From IMG/VR virus record IMGVR_UViG_3300044568_003939: DNA of 64,000 nucleotides; one strand, given 5' to 3'. The stretch is from a virus. Below the pieces are notes generated by a model that searched no databases, was not told the DNA's origin, and saw only the letters and a program-made list of their open reading frames with translations. Below are positions 37,869 to 49,306 of the stretch, piece after piece (the stretch's first letter is position 1; each line of letters opens with the position of its first letter). A program made the position numbers and the translations under genes.

Positions 37869-40800
37869 ATGATTACACTCGCTCCAAAATACAAGAAACA
37901 TTCCCAATATCTCGGAAAGACAATTTATAAACGTCTCCCGAACACTGGCACCAGCGGCGGAATGTGGTTGGCAGATTCCACTACGTTTCAATCATTGGCT
38001 CGTGTCAAAGCATTTTTGGAATATTACTACGGTTCAACCACAATATGAAAGTCAAGATTCACAAATTCTGGATTCCAACTACTTCCTCTGTAGGAACATC
38101 CAAATATAAGAGCTTCGTAGCAAAAGCTGATTATGATCGTGCAATGAAACAAATCAAAGAGCTCACTGAAATTATTAATCGGCTCGACGGTCTTGATTAA
38201 GGGAACTCCAATATAATAAGACATGAAAAAGCACACAAAACTTCCAACTGGAAGACTAACTCAGATTCAAAATTACACTCAAGAAGAACAACTTGTATTG
38301 CTTACGCATATTTGTCATCAGATCTTCATTGCCAGAAATATTAGTATGAATCAAGAAGTAATCCTTGCTAATCTAAAGAAAATTGATACACTCTTCTGTA
38401 CGGGACCAGAAGACGGAAATTAAAATATGAAATCAACCGCAGAAATAATACTTGATCGTTTTGAAGAAATTGAAGCCGACAACAGGCATCTTATTAATCA
38501 AAATAAAGTATGGAAAATCAAGTGTGAAAAACTTGAAGCTGTAGTCAAAGGTGATACATATAATATAAAAAGGCTATCTGAAGAAAATGAAAAATTGAAG
38601 ATTGAACTTGCCGAAGCAAAAGATTATGCCGATAGACTTGTAGAGCATAAAGACATGGTATGTCTACCAGCTGACCTAGCTAACCTTCGTGAAGCCAACG
38701 CTCGATTTGCCTCTGAGAATGCAAAACTTAAAGAAGGAATCAAAAGCTTATCAGAAATACTATCTATTGTAAATTACAAAATATACACATGAGCAACACA
38801 CCAAAAACAGACGCCGCTGCTCGTCATATCGATGGATTTGCCGATCAATGGGTTCCACGATATATAAGCGAAGAAATTGAAAGAGAAATGATCGAACTGA
38901 GAAAAGCAACAACTACGCAGGAGGAATTAGATAAGTGGGAGCAATTAGCGTATGATAAACTTAGTGAAGTGTGCAAGCAAATCGAGAAAACAAGAATTGT
39001 CACCGAGCAACGAGATCAACTTAAACGTGAATGTGATGCGTGGAAAGCCGCTCACGACAATCAAGTAAAACTAAAGCAAATCATTAGTGACCGCCCTGAC
39101 TTGAAAGAGCGTGCTAAACTTGTAGCTGAGTTGATTGAAGAACGTGATGGCTGGAGAGAAGCCGCATACGCACTAGGCGAAGCAATTCCGCCATCATGGG
39201 ATGAACTACAACCTCCAGCAGCACAACTACAAAAATTTAAAGAAATGGTTGCACTTCAAAACGAGAAAACCAAAAAAGAACTTAATTTATGAAACAAGAT
39301 AGCCCGTTAATGTGTTTGGGTGTTGGTGTTTGTTTAGGAATAGCAATCCTTGCCTTAGTAATATCATTCTTTCCAAAAAATACTATTGCATATCGACAAG
39401 CAGTTAAGGATATTCATAAAGAAGCGTTTGAAAATGGCCTTATGATTAAAGAGATTAATAAAGATGATCAAGTAATTTACCGTTGGATTCACACAGAAAA
39501 ACTCGGCTACGAATAATATGAAAAAATGCAAAGACTGCAATGACACCCTCTTCACGGATCGTTATGAAACATGTATGACCTGTTATGAAAAATATCACAC
39601 CAAATTACTTATGAAAAAATGCCCTAATTGCGAAACCCACGCTAAAAATAGCGAGACGAAAAGCGACATCATTGGAGACTTGTGGAGCGTCTTAGACAAA
39701 ACACTCTATGAACTGCCTGTAGGCTATATTCCTGCACATACCTATGAAAGTATTCCTGAGCGAGTAGCTTATTATGTTAATGAATATACGAAACTAGTCA
39801 ATGATGTCATGAACACCGCCGATTATATCGAAAATGTGATACCTGATTTTTATCAGGATACTGAAGACATTACAATGTATAATACCACCAGAAAGTTATT
39901 CGCTATACTCAATAAGGCTGATCTTGAGTCTCGGGTAGATAGAGAAGCATTAGAAGCCCTACAAGGAGAGATTAAAATGACCTATAAGTATTATGCTGGC
40001 TTTGGAGCAAAGAAAGATCTTACGACTACTCAGATGTTGAATCATATCTTGAAGAACGTGGCAAACTATAAACCGACCAAAGAGGAGCACGATCTGGAAG
40101 ATATGAAGCAAACATCGAACTGAAAGAAAAATAACATGAAATGGGAAGACTTTAAAGACAAATTAAAAAGGGGAATGGGCATTCCAAATGCTTATATTGT
40201 TGTTGATTATAATTGGACTGCCGATATACTACATTCTTACAGAAACGCTATGGAAAAATTAATTCGTAATACAGATGCTACTGATCTTAATTTAGACGAG
40301 ATGAGTATTGATAAAGCAATTGAATATCTTAAATCACTACAAGAAAAATATTCAAAGGATTGGACCGATTTACAAATCTATGAAGATTATTGCTATGAAG
40401 GCGGGTATCATCTCAAGCTTCGTGGTAAACGATTTGAAACTGATCTTGAATACGCAAATCGATTAAAGTATGAAAAAGAACGTGACGAGGAAAAAATGAT
40501 CAGAGCTCGTTCTGAATATGAGAGATTAAAAGCTTTATTTGAAAAGCAATAATAATATGAAAACTAAAACCGTGAAAGAACTAAAAGAAAAAATCGAAGC
40601 AGAAGTCAAAGAAGATTTCGACTTTGAGCAACATCTGTTTAAAAAGTATCCGAGTCTTTTTTATACAGGAGAAGACGGCGAACTACTACCACAGTTTCAA
40701 AGATGCTGGAATGATTGCCCTAAAGGTTGGGAGACTCTCGTAGACAATCTTTGTGGAGCAATTGTAGACTATACCAAAAATACTTCTCGTTCGATTCCTA

Positions 40801-41249
40801 ATCCAAATAAGAAAACTATGCGCTTTTTCCAAAAAGCTTGGACACCTATTCGGATAAAAATTGATCAATGGTTTAACCCATATAAAAACTGTAAAATTGC
40901 TTTTACTTTGGAACAAAAACAAAAACTTAAAAATTCATTTGCTAGTAAAGTAAGAGCTGCAACCAGTAAGATTAGTCAATACTTTTACAATAAAGAGCTT
41001 TATGTCTATCAGAAACCACCAGCAGTAAAGGTTGACCAATATAAAGAAAAGTTTGGCACACTGAGATTTTATATTGATGGGGGTGATGAAACTGTTGAAG
41101 GTATGATTCGATTTGCGGAATATCTTAGTGGAAAGACCTGTCAGGAGACGGGTGAAGCAGGATCTACTGTTAGCAAAGGTGGCTGGTGGGCAACACTATC
41201 ACCGAAAGTAGCCAAGCGATTGGGTTACTCTTCAAAGAAGGAACAATAA
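37869..41249 (+). other. Small hypothetical ORFs (37869, ~38045, 38223, 38427, 38789, 39289, 39518, 40136, ~40557)
   Basis: Co-oriented packed ORFs; the last carries a QYKEKFGTLRFY motif common in phages. Confidence 0.55.
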
Positions 41250-41261
41250 TATAATAAAAGT

Positions 41262-41582
41262 ATGCAAGAACAATACATTCACATTGGCAAATATGGTAGT
41301 AAGATTTTCTACAAAGACCGAGAAATGAAAATATGTCATCGTCTTGATGGTCCAGCAGTTGAAGATGGTGATGGATATAAAGCTTGGTATGTTGATGGTA
41401 AACTTCATCGTCTTGATGGTCCAGCAATTGAATGGGCTGATGGAAGTAAAGCATGGTATGTTGATGGTAAACTTCTATCAGAAGAAGCATTCAATGCTCT
41501 TACCAAGCCAATTGAGTTGACACTTGAAGACATTGCTGCTAAGTTTGGTGTTGATGTTGGTAAGATCAAGATTGTAAAGTGA
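41262..41582 (+). CDS. HRLDGPA-repeat protein with shared C-terminal tail
   Basis: Two repeats plus ELTLEDIAAKFGVDVGKIKIVK. Confidence 0.7.
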   Translation: MQEQYIHIGKYGSKIFYKDREMKICHRLDGPAVEDGDGYKAWYVDGKLHRLDGPAIEWADGSKAWYVDGKLLSEEAFNALTKPIELTLEDIAAKFGVDVGKIKIVK

Positions 41583-41606
41583 CAGGAACAATAATATAAT
41601 AATAGT

Positions 41607-41843
41607 ATGCTGAACAACACTATGAAAACCAAAATCTTTGACACTCTCATCTTGATCTCGATGATCATCCTCTTCGCCCTCGCTCATGTCTCACCACTGG
41701 TCGGCATCATCATGATGTCACTAGCAGGTAATATGGTGTATCAAATCCTAGGAGCGATCTTACAAGTAGTATCTATTGCTGGACTTGTATACATTCATTA
41801 CTGGAACGGCACATTCCGCTCCGATAAGAAAGACCTCGACTAA
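41607..41843 (+). CDS. Small membrane protein
   Basis: Two to three hydrophobic segments. Confidence 0.5.
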   Translation: MLNNTMKTKIFDTLILISMIILFALAHVSPLVGIIMMSLAGNMVYQILGAILQVVSIAGLVYIHYWNGTFRSDKKDLD

Positions 41844-41861
41844 CACTAATATAATAATAAT

Positions 41862-42242
41862 ATGAAAACAACAATCGCACAACAATTAAAAATCAAAGAC
41901 TTTCCATTCGTCATCAAGGATAAAGATGGCAATACAATCTATCTCGAAAAATCCACTGGTTATTGGGACAAAAGTGAACGTGATGCACATGGCAATGAAA
42001 TCCGTTTCGAAAACTTCACTGGTTATTGGAGCAAAAGAGAATATGATGCCAATGGCAATGAAATTTATTACGAAAACTCCAATGGTTATTGGAGCAAAAG
42101 AGAATATGATGCCAATGAAATTTATTGGGAAAACTCCAATGGAAAAATCATTGACAAACGCCCAAAAGTGGTGGAGCTAACACTCCAAGACATTGCTGCT
42201 AAGTTTGGTGTTGATGTTGGTAAGATCAAAATTGTAAAGTGA
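41862..42242 (+). CDS. YD-like repeat protein (GYWSKREYDANGNEIY) with the same C-terminal tail
   Basis: ~22-aa repeats plus ELTLQDIAAKFGVDVGKIKIVK. Confidence 0.65.
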   Translation: MKTTIAQQLKIKDFPFVIKDKDGNTIYLEKSTGYWDKSERDAHGNEIRFENFTGYWSKREYDANGNEIYYENSNGYWSKREYDANEIYWENSNGKIIDKRPKVVELTLQDIAAKFGVDVGKIKIVK

Positions 42243-42448
42243 CGGGAACAATAATATAATATGCGATACTATATTGAAGGTAACAATGTGTTTTTTCCAA
42301 AACATGGCTTTGTTTTTCATTGTAGTTTCGCAGAAGTATATCGAAATTATTCCACTATAAACGCTAGACGAAAGCTGAAAAAGAGTTACACAAAATCACA
42401 ACAGGATGACATCATCCACTATTTAAAAGATCAAAAATATATTACAAT

Positions 42449-43135
42449 ATGAGCAATCCAATTTACATTATCGGAGACATCCACGGCGCATTTAATCGTC
42501 TAATGAAGAAAGTTACTGACCTCGATTTGCGCGACTGCACATTGATTTGTGTTGGTGATCTTGGTATGGGATTTAACTATTCACCAGAGGGCGAACGTAA
42601 AGGTTGCTTCCTTATGAATGAATTTTTTGAAGAGCGAAATATGATATTTATGTCGATTCGCGGCAATCATGATGATCCACAATATTTTAATGGTTCTGAT
42701 CGAATTGACCTGAGCCACTTTAAATTGCTGCCTGACTATCATACCGAAACGATCAACGGAGAAAAATTCTTGTTTGTCGGCGGAGCAGTAAGCATTGATC
42801 GAGTCTTTCGAAAAGAAGGTTTAAGTTACTGGAGTGATGAAGTATTCGTACTAAAACCAGAACTGGTTGAGAAGTGTGACGTTCTTATTACGCATTCTAC
42901 GCCAAGTTGGATCGGCCCCTTTGATAAGGAAGGTCTTAGCGGTTGGTGCGAAAAAGATCCTACGCTCTGGGACTTATGCTATAAAGAGCGTATTGAACAT
43001 AGCGAATTGATTAAACTCTGTCAGCCATCAAAATCATATCATGGCCATTTTCACGAAAGTCATTGGGTTGACTTTGCTGAATGTTATTCTACAATTTTAG
43101 CGATTGAGGAAATAAAAGAGCATCGAAAAGCTTAA
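42449..43135 (+). CDS. Calcineurin-like metallophosphoesterase
   Basis: GDIHG, VGD, RGNHD, ITH and HGHFH motifs. Confidence 0.85.
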   Translation: MSNPIYIIGDIHGAFNRLMKKVTDLDLRDCTLICVGDLGMGFNYSPEGERKGCFLMNEFFEERNMIFMSIRGNHDDPQYFNGSDRIDLSHFKLLPDYHTETINGEKFLFVGGAVSIDRVFRKEGLSYWSDEVFVLKPELVEKCDVLITHSTPSWIGPFDKEGLSGWCEKDPTLWDLCYKERIEHSELIKLCQPSKSYHGHFHESHWVDFAECYSTILAIEEIKEHRKA

Positions 43136-43158
43136 CAACTAACATATATTTTACACAC

Positions 43159-43977
43159 ATGATTACATCACAAATTGTTGCTGACAGCATTGCTCCTAAC
43201 GGCAAACGTATTACTACGTTTGAACTTGAATACCCGCGATTCATTCACAGTGAATTTATGACGCATCGTGCATTAAGCCGCAATGCAGCTAGCAGCAGAG
43301 CAATACCTGTAAGTGCTATGTTGTCGCGCATCTGGGAAGAACCGGCAGTTCCTGTACATTGGGGACGCAACGCGAGTGGCATGCAAGCCGCTGAAGAATT
43401 GCAAGGATGGCGGAAAGCATGCGCAGAATGTCTATGGGACTTGAGCGGGCGTGTGACATGCGGCTTTGCATGGCTTCTATCTAAAATTGGTGCACACAAA
43501 CAAATTGTGAATCGTATAGTTGAGCCGTGGAGCCACATCAAGGTTGTTGCTACCGCAACCGAATGGGATAACTTTTTTTACTTGCGCAATCATCCAGATG
43601 CACAGCCTGAGATTCATGAACTTGCGGTATATATGTATGATGACTATCTGCACAGCAAACCCAAGTTGTTAAAAGCTGGTGAATGGCACCTGCCGTATGT
43701 TCCTGATTATACTAACTCTGACATATCACTTGAAGATGCGTTGAAACTTAGTGCTAGCTTGTGTGCTCAGGTGTCATATCGTAAAGCAGATCAAAGCGTA
43801 AAGAAGGCGCTGTTCATTTATGACCGATTGGTTGCTAGCAAACCAGTTCATGCATCGCCATTTGAGCATCAAGCATCTCCTGCTCCTAAGAAAGGTGACC
43901 GTAGTGGTAATTTTGTGGGATGGCTGCAGTACCGTCAACAGATTGCTGACAATGTTTGCTCCTCATACAAGTCCTAA
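43159..43977 (+). CDS. ThyX-like (flavin-dependent thymidylate synthase) phage protein
   Basis: EFMTHRALSRNAASSRAIP, HKQIVNR, LRNHPDAQPEI and HASPFEH motifs. Confidence 0.75.
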   Translation: MITSQIVADSIAPNGKRITTFELEYPRFIHSEFMTHRALSRNAASSRAIPVSAMLSRIWEEPAVPVHWGRNASGMQAAEELQGWRKACAECLWDLSGRVTCGFAWLLSKIGAHKQIVNRIVEPWSHIKVVATATEWDNFFYLRNHPDAQPEIHELAVYMYDDYLHSKPKLLKAGEWHLPYVPDYTNSDISLEDALKLSASLCAQVSYRKADQSVKKALFIYDRLVASKPVHASPFEHQASPAPKKGDRSGNFVGWLQYRQQIADNVCSSYKS

Positions 43978-44593
43978 AATACGCCTCGGTTTTTAAGAAA
44001 AAGCCGTAACTAGTTGACAGTCAACGTGCATTAAAATGCCGATTTATTTGTGTAACTTGTTGATTTTCAACGGTTAGTAAATAAATCCCATTTTAATGCA
44101 TTTTTTATTTACATTCTCGGTAGTTTGTGGTACAATAATCCTGTAAGGAAACCACAATATGAAAGATTCTCAACAACTACTCGCTGACATTAAGGACGCT
44201 GAACGTGCCTTTGATGATGCCGCAACACACCTGTGCAGGTTGCTGTTTGCAGTCTCAACAAGTGAGCAGCTTAAAGATCGCTCACTACTATACGGCGAAT
44301 TTCTTGACAGCATCCATGCCGATATTAAAAAAGCATTTCCGAACAATTACTTTCCAAACTTCTAATATGAATCCATACGACACCATTATTGCGCGCTACT
44401 ATGAATTGCTCAACAGCAAAACTCCACTCATCATGAGTGAAGAAGCAGAATTCCGTGACATTTGCACAACGCTTCTGGGCTTCTTCTTGGAACAAAACAA
44501 GAATCGTTAATATGCCTCTTGATTATGACTCGCTATCCGAAGCTGACCTTTGGGATCTAACTGACTACTATTACTCTATAACACAATAAACAT

Positions 44594-44977
44594 ATGGGAC
44601 TTGACATGTACTTTACGCGGGAGCCAAAAGCAAAGAGCTCTAAGGATAGCCGCCGCTATACAAGCGAGGTTGGATATTTCCGCAAACACAATGCGCTTCA
44701 TGGCTGGCTAGTTGACAATGCACAAGGTGGCCTTGACGAATGTCAGCGAGTCGAACTCTCACATGAACTCCTAACCAAACTGTCCAGCTTGGTGGAAACT
44801 GCTCTGCAAACGCGAGAAGACACATTGTTTCCACCAGTCGCTGGTTTCTTCTTTGGACACAATACTGTTGATGAATGGTATTGGTCAAAGATGGCTGACA
44901 CAGATGAAACTCTAAAAACCATCATCAACACAACTGACTTTGAAACTGAAAGCGTATACTATCAAAGTAGTTGGTAA
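44594..44977 (+). CDS. Conserved phage protein (MGLDMY...YFRKHNALHGW...GFFFG)
   Basis: Recognisable widespread phage motif. Confidence 0.6.
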   Translation: MGLDMYFTREPKAKSSKDSRRYTSEVGYFRKHNALHGWLVDNAQGGLDECQRVELSHELLTKLSSLVETALQTREDTLFPPVAGFFFGHNTVDEWYWSKMADTDETLKTIINTTDFETESVYYQSSW

Positions 44978-44995
44978 ACACAGATATATAAAAAT

Positions 44996-46114
44996 ATGAG
45001 ATTTCACCTGTTAGGATTACCGCACACGGTATCAAATAAAGATTATGTTGCGTGCGCATATACGCAAAAAGTTGTCAAGTTTGGCAAGATGATGAAAGCA
45101 CTTGGCCATACAATTATTCATTATGGTCATGAAGATAGCGATCTTGAATGCGATGAACATGTTACAGTAACTACCAATCGTGACCTTGAAATTGCTTATG
45201 GCAATTATGATTGGCGTGCTAACTTCTTTAAGTATGATCCCGAAGATCATGCATATCAAACATTTTATGGCAATGCTATTCGAGAAATTTCTGCGCGCAA
45301 ACAGAAGAATGATTTCTTGCTTCCATTTTGGGGCAGCGGTGTTAGACCAATTTGTGATGCGCATAGTGATATGATTGTAGTTGAGCCTGGTATTGGTTAT
45401 GGTGACGGACATTGGGCTAAGTTTAAGATCTTTGAAAGTTATGCAATTTATCATGCATATTGTGGTTTGCAGAGTGCAGTAGAATGTAAACAAAGTTGGA
45501 GAGAAGTAGTTATTCCAAACTACTTTGATGTCAATGACTTTAAGTATAACGCAAAGAAAGAAGATTACTTTCTTTATCTTGGGCGTGTATATGATGGCAA
45601 AGGTGTTAACATTGCTATTGATGCTACTCAACGTGCTGGTGTTAAACTTGTGATTGCGGGGCAAAAAGAAAAAGGTTATAAGTTGCCTGCTCATGTTGAA
45701 TATGTTGGTTATGCTGATACTGAAAAGCGCAAAGAACTTATGAGTAAAGCAAAAGCTAGTTTCTTACCTAGCATTTATCTTGAGCCGTTTGGTGGAGTTC
45801 AAATCGAAAACCTGTTAAGTGGCACACCAACCATTACCACCGACTGGGGAGCTTTTGCCGAAAATAATTTGCATGGCATTACTGGTTATCGTTGCAGAGT
45901 AATGCAAGACTTTATTGACGCTATTCATCGTATCGACGAAATTAAACCTAAAGATTGTCGTGTATGGGGTGAAAACTTTAGTCTTGAAAAGGTTGCTCTT
46001 ATGTATGAAAAGTATTTTGTTGATGTTCTTAATATGTACACAGGCAAAGGTTTTTATGATGAGAAAACCAAAGGCATCGATTGGCTTACTAAAAAATATC
46101 CTAAGAGCAAATGA
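44996..46114 (+). CDS. GT4-family (GT-B) glycosyltransferase
   Basis: YLGR...KG; EPFGGVQIE..LSGTP.I motif. Confidence 0.85.
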   Translation: MRFHLLGLPHTVSNKDYVACAYTQKVVKFGKMMKALGHTIIHYGHEDSDLECDEHVTVTTNRDLEIAYGNYDWRANFFKYDPEDHAYQTFYGNAIREISARKQKNDFLLPFWGSGVRPICDAHSDMIVVEPGIGYGDGHWAKFKIFESYAIYHAYCGLQSAVECKQSWREVVIPNYFDVNDFKYNAKKEDYFLYLGRVYDGKGVNIAIDATQRAGVKLVIAGQKEKGYKLPAHVEYVGYADTEKRKELMSKAKASFLPSIYLEPFGGVQIENLLSGTPTITTDWGAFAENNLHGITGYRCRVMQDFIDAIHRIDEIKPKDCRVWGENFSLEKVALMYEKYFVDVLNMYTGKGFYDEKTKGIDWLTKKYPKSK

Positions 46115-46821
46115 AGAAGAATGTAGCGTTATGTTATAGCGGTCAAATCCGCAATTTTAAAGAGTGTTGGCCAACACACCTTAAACATATTATTCAATGC
46201 AATCGAGACCGCTATAACTTTTATATTTTTGGCCACTTTTGGAATGACAACTCTTTGCATGGCCAAAATTATTGGCCTGAGATTGCTGATCGTGATGGTT
46301 ATAGTTTAGCCAACGTATTATCATTTATTGATTGCAATCCCGACTCTTACATTTGCGAAAAACCTATAGACTTTAAAAGTACCTTGATACCCGACTCAAG
46401 GTTTCCTCATCCAATACAAAATACGCTGTCGATGTTTTCTTCAATGAATGGAGTTAATCTCGTCAAAAATGCTTTTGCATATAAACGCAATTTAAAGTTT
46501 GATATTACATTACGCTTAAGAACAGATTTGTATTTTTCGCAAAATTTAGATTTTAATAAATTTGATGAAAAATATGTATATGTAAATGCAGACTATTATT
46601 ATCAACATACTGAATATAGCGTGAATGATATTTTTGCAATTGGTAATGATGTGAATATGTGTAAGTACTTTTCAGTGTTTCAAAACATCAATCAGTTGGT
46701 AGCTGAAGGTTGTGCAATCAATCCTGAATGCTTTTTGGGTTTTAACTTGCAGAGACACGGCGTGCCAATACATAAAATTGAGATGCAGGACATTGCATAT
46801 AAATTGTTTAGACATGTATGA
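46111..46821 (+). CDS. Putative glycosyltransferase-like protein
   Basis: VALCYSGQIR...FDITLRLRTD...NDIFAIG. Confidence 0.55.
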   Translation: MKKNVALCYSGQIRNFKECWPTHLKHIIQCNRDRYNFYIFGHFWNDNSLHGQNYWPEIADRDGYSLANVLSFIDCNPDSYICEKPIDFKSTLIPDSRFPHPIQNTLSMFSSMNGVNLVKNAFAYKRNLKFDITLRLRTDLYFSQNLDFNKFDEKYVYVNADYYYQHTEYSVNDIFAIGNDVNMCKYFSVFQNINQLVAEGCAINPECFLGFNLQRHGVPIHKIEMQDIAYKLFRHV

Positions 46822-48173
46822 TTAAACTTATTATTTTTGACCTGGATGGCGTATTGGTAGATGCAAAGAAAATACATTATGATACGCTTAACCAAGCTCT
46901 TTACCAAATAGGTAAGCAGTATATTATAAGTGAAGCTGAACATTTGGCTGTTTATGATGGTCTTAAAACATTTGAAAAGTTAAACATACTTTCACAACGA
47001 AAAGCATTACCTATAGGAACGCACCAAACGGTTTGGGAAGAAAAACAAAGATTAACAATTGAAGCAATTTCACAATTGCAGTCTGACGCTAAACTTATTG
47101 GGATGTGTAGGCAGTTACGTGATGATGGTTTTAAACTTGCGTGTTGCAGCAACAGTATTCGCCGTAGTGTATTTGTAATGCTATCACGCCTTGGTATAGC
47201 TGAACATATGGATTTGATATATTCCAACGAAGATGTAAGACATGGCAAGCCTCATCCTGAAATATATTGGGCTGCAATGAGTGCTCTTGGATTGTTGCCT
47301 GAAGATACTCTTGTGGTTGAAGATAGCCCGCACGGATTGTTGGCTGCACAGCGTTGTGGTGCTGATGTATTGCGCGTTAAGAATTCCCAGGATCTCACAT
47401 TGCAAAAAATACAAACACACCTAAAAAGAAAAGACACTCTTATGAATACAACATGGCAAGATAAAAATTTAAATGTACTTATACCTATGGCTGGTGCAGG
47501 CAGTCGATTTGAAAAGGCTGGCTATACATTCCCAAAACCATTGATTAGTGTACATGGTTCACCTATGATTAAAGTGGTTGTTGATAACTTAAACTTTGAT
47601 GCACACCACATTTTCATTGCACAACGAGAGCATCGCGAAAAATACAATCTTACTTCATTGCTAGGTTTAATCTCTAAGGATTGCGACATTATTGATGTTG
47701 ATGGATTGACTGAAGGAGCATGTTGTACTACATTGCTAGCCAAGCATCTTATTGACAACGACTCTCCATTACTTATTGCTAACAGTGATCAGTATCTTGA
47801 TTGGAACACAAGTGAGTTTATGTACAAGATGCAAGAACAGGATGTTGATGCTGGTATGGTTACATTCCGCTCAACACATCCAAAATGGAGTTTTGCACGA
47901 ATTGATAGCGATGGATATGTAACAGAGGTTGCCGAAAAGAATCCTATTAGTGATATTGCTACTGCTGGAATTTACTACTGGAAACATGGACGCGACTATG
48001 TACGATATGCGGAACAAATGATTGCGAAAGAGATTCGTTTTAACAATGAATTTTATGTATGTCCAGTATTCAATCAGGCCGTTGCAGATGGTAAGAGAAT
48101 TAAAACATATGATATTGATGGTATGTGGGGGATTGGAACACCTGAAGACTTAAACACATTTTTAACACGATGA
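46818..48173 (+). CDS. HAD phosphatase fused to sugar nucleotidyltransferase-like domain
   Basis: FDLDGVL, KPHPE and EDS; IPMAGAGSRF..PKPLI, ANSD and EKNPIS. Confidence 0.85.
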   Translation: MIKLIIFDLDGVLVDAKKIHYDTLNQALYQIGKQYIISEAEHLAVYDGLKTFEKLNILSQRKALPIGTHQTVWEEKQRLTIEAISQLQSDAKLIGMCRQLRDDGFKLACCSNSIRRSVFVMLSRLGIAEHMDLIYSNEDVRHGKPHPEIYWAAMSALGLLPEDTLVVEDSPHGLLAAQRCGADVLRVKNSQDLTLQKIQTHLKRKDTLMNTTWQDKNLNVLIPMAGAGSRFEKAGYTFPKPLISVHGSPMIKVVVDNLNFDAHHIFIAQREHREKYNLTSLLGLISKDCDIIDVDGLTEGACCTTLLAKHLIDNDSPLLIANSDQYLDWNTSEFMYKMQEQDVDAGMVTFRSTHPKWSFARIDSDGYVTEVAEKNPISDIATAGIYYWKHGRDYVRYAEQMIAKEIRFNNEFYVCPVFNQAVADGKRIKTYDIDGMWGIGTPEDLNTFLTR

Positions 48174-48886
48174 AGGTAGCAATATTATTTTTTGGCCAAC
48201 CGCGTTTTATTGAAAATGCTCAGGTATTACATACATATAAAAATCTTATAAAAAGATATGATGCTGATGTATTTTGTCATGTGTGGTGGGAAGAATCTGG
48301 CATTTACGAAACAGCAACATGTAGTACATTAAATGGATGCCGCATTCACAAAAATGCAATAGATATAATTAAAGAAAATTATAGGCCAAAAGTTATTGAT
48401 GTAGAACAGTCTCGTAAATTTTTTATGCCTATTCAAGTTAAACAGTTTCTTGATGCAAAATTTACGAATAGATTTGAACATTGGAATGAGCGTAATTATG
48501 GATGTGTGTTATCACAATTGTATAGTATTCAAAGTGTTTCACGATTGTTTGAGCAGTATGAAAAAGAAAATAATCAGAAGTATGATTGGATCTTCTTGGT
48601 ACGATATGATGGCTATATTCACGCATTACCTAGATTAGATCATCCAAAATTGCCACAAGATAAATTTTATATTTCAGATCATCATCCTAATTTTCCTGAT
48701 TTGGTTTTTTGTTACTCACGACGTTTTTGTGATTGGTCGTCAAATGTGTTCGACGACATATCTAGTGTATATCATACAATATGGGAACCATCTGCTGAAG
48801 CGTTTAAGAGTGGTAGCTTTTACAAAAGATTTACTGCACATGATATAATGCCTACACATATGAAGTGCGATATCATAAGAAATTAG
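48170..48886 (+). CDS. Putative glycosyltransferase-like protein (paralog of 46111)
   Basis: MKVAILFFGQPR...YDWIFLVRYD. Confidence 0.55.
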   Translation: MKVAILFFGQPRFIENAQVLHTYKNLIKRYDADVFCHVWWEESGIYETATCSTLNGCRIHKNAIDIIKENYRPKVIDVEQSRKFFMPIQVKQFLDAKFTNRFEHWNERNYGCVLSQLYSIQSVSRLFEQYEKENNQKYDWIFLVRYDGYIHALPRLDHPKLPQDKFYISDHHPNFPDLVFCYSRRFCDWSSNVFDDISSVYHTIWEPSAEAFKSGSFYKRFTAHDIMPTHMKCDIIRN

Positions 48887-48963
48887 AGCCGCATTATTAT
48901 AAATAAACTCGATTACGCATGTTCTAGTGAACATGCAACTAATCACAACCAAAATATAAAAAT

Positions 48964-49146
48964 ATGGAAGTAATTATCTCACTGATCGAAAACCAACCAT
49001 GGTTTGTCATTGTTTCCGCTGTAGTCACACTTGCAAGTGCAATTGCTGCAGCAACACCAACTCCACAAGCTGGTACGGTATTAGCCAAAATTTATAGTGT
49101 TATCGACCTGTTAGCACTTAACATTGGAAAAGCAAAGCAAAAATAA
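48964..49146 (+). CDS. Small membrane protein, holin-like
   Basis: Late promoter at 48898; ASAIAAATPTP...IDLLALNIGKAK motif. Confidence 0.45.
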   Translation: MEVIISLIENQPWFVIVSAVVTLASAIAAATPTPQAGTVLAKIYSVIDLLALNIGKAKQK

Positions 49147-49210
49147 TTTGATCTGCTCTTGCAGATACTTTATTTTAATTTACATATGATGCAGTACGCA
49201 TCCGAAAAAT

Positions 49211-49261
49211 TGCCGATGCATCTTCTTAGGGTACCCCGCCCTGGGTTCCGATGCATCGGCA
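49211..49261 (+). promoter_or_regulatory. Strong hairpin upstream of phoH
   Basis: TGCCGATGCATC ... GATGCATCGGCA perfect 12-bp inverted repeat. Confidence 0.5.
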
Positions 49262-49306
49262 GTTTAGTTTTATAAGACAATCTCATTAAACAAACAACCA
49301 AACAAT

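Noticed and set aside
32353-42242. Diversity-generating retroelement TR/VR pairs
   Set aside because: There is no reverse transcriptase in the window, and differences between the repeats do not appear adenine-specific.
45032-45694. 220-aa minus-strand ORF and similar antisense ORFs
   Set aside because: These are shadows of well-supported plus-strand genes.
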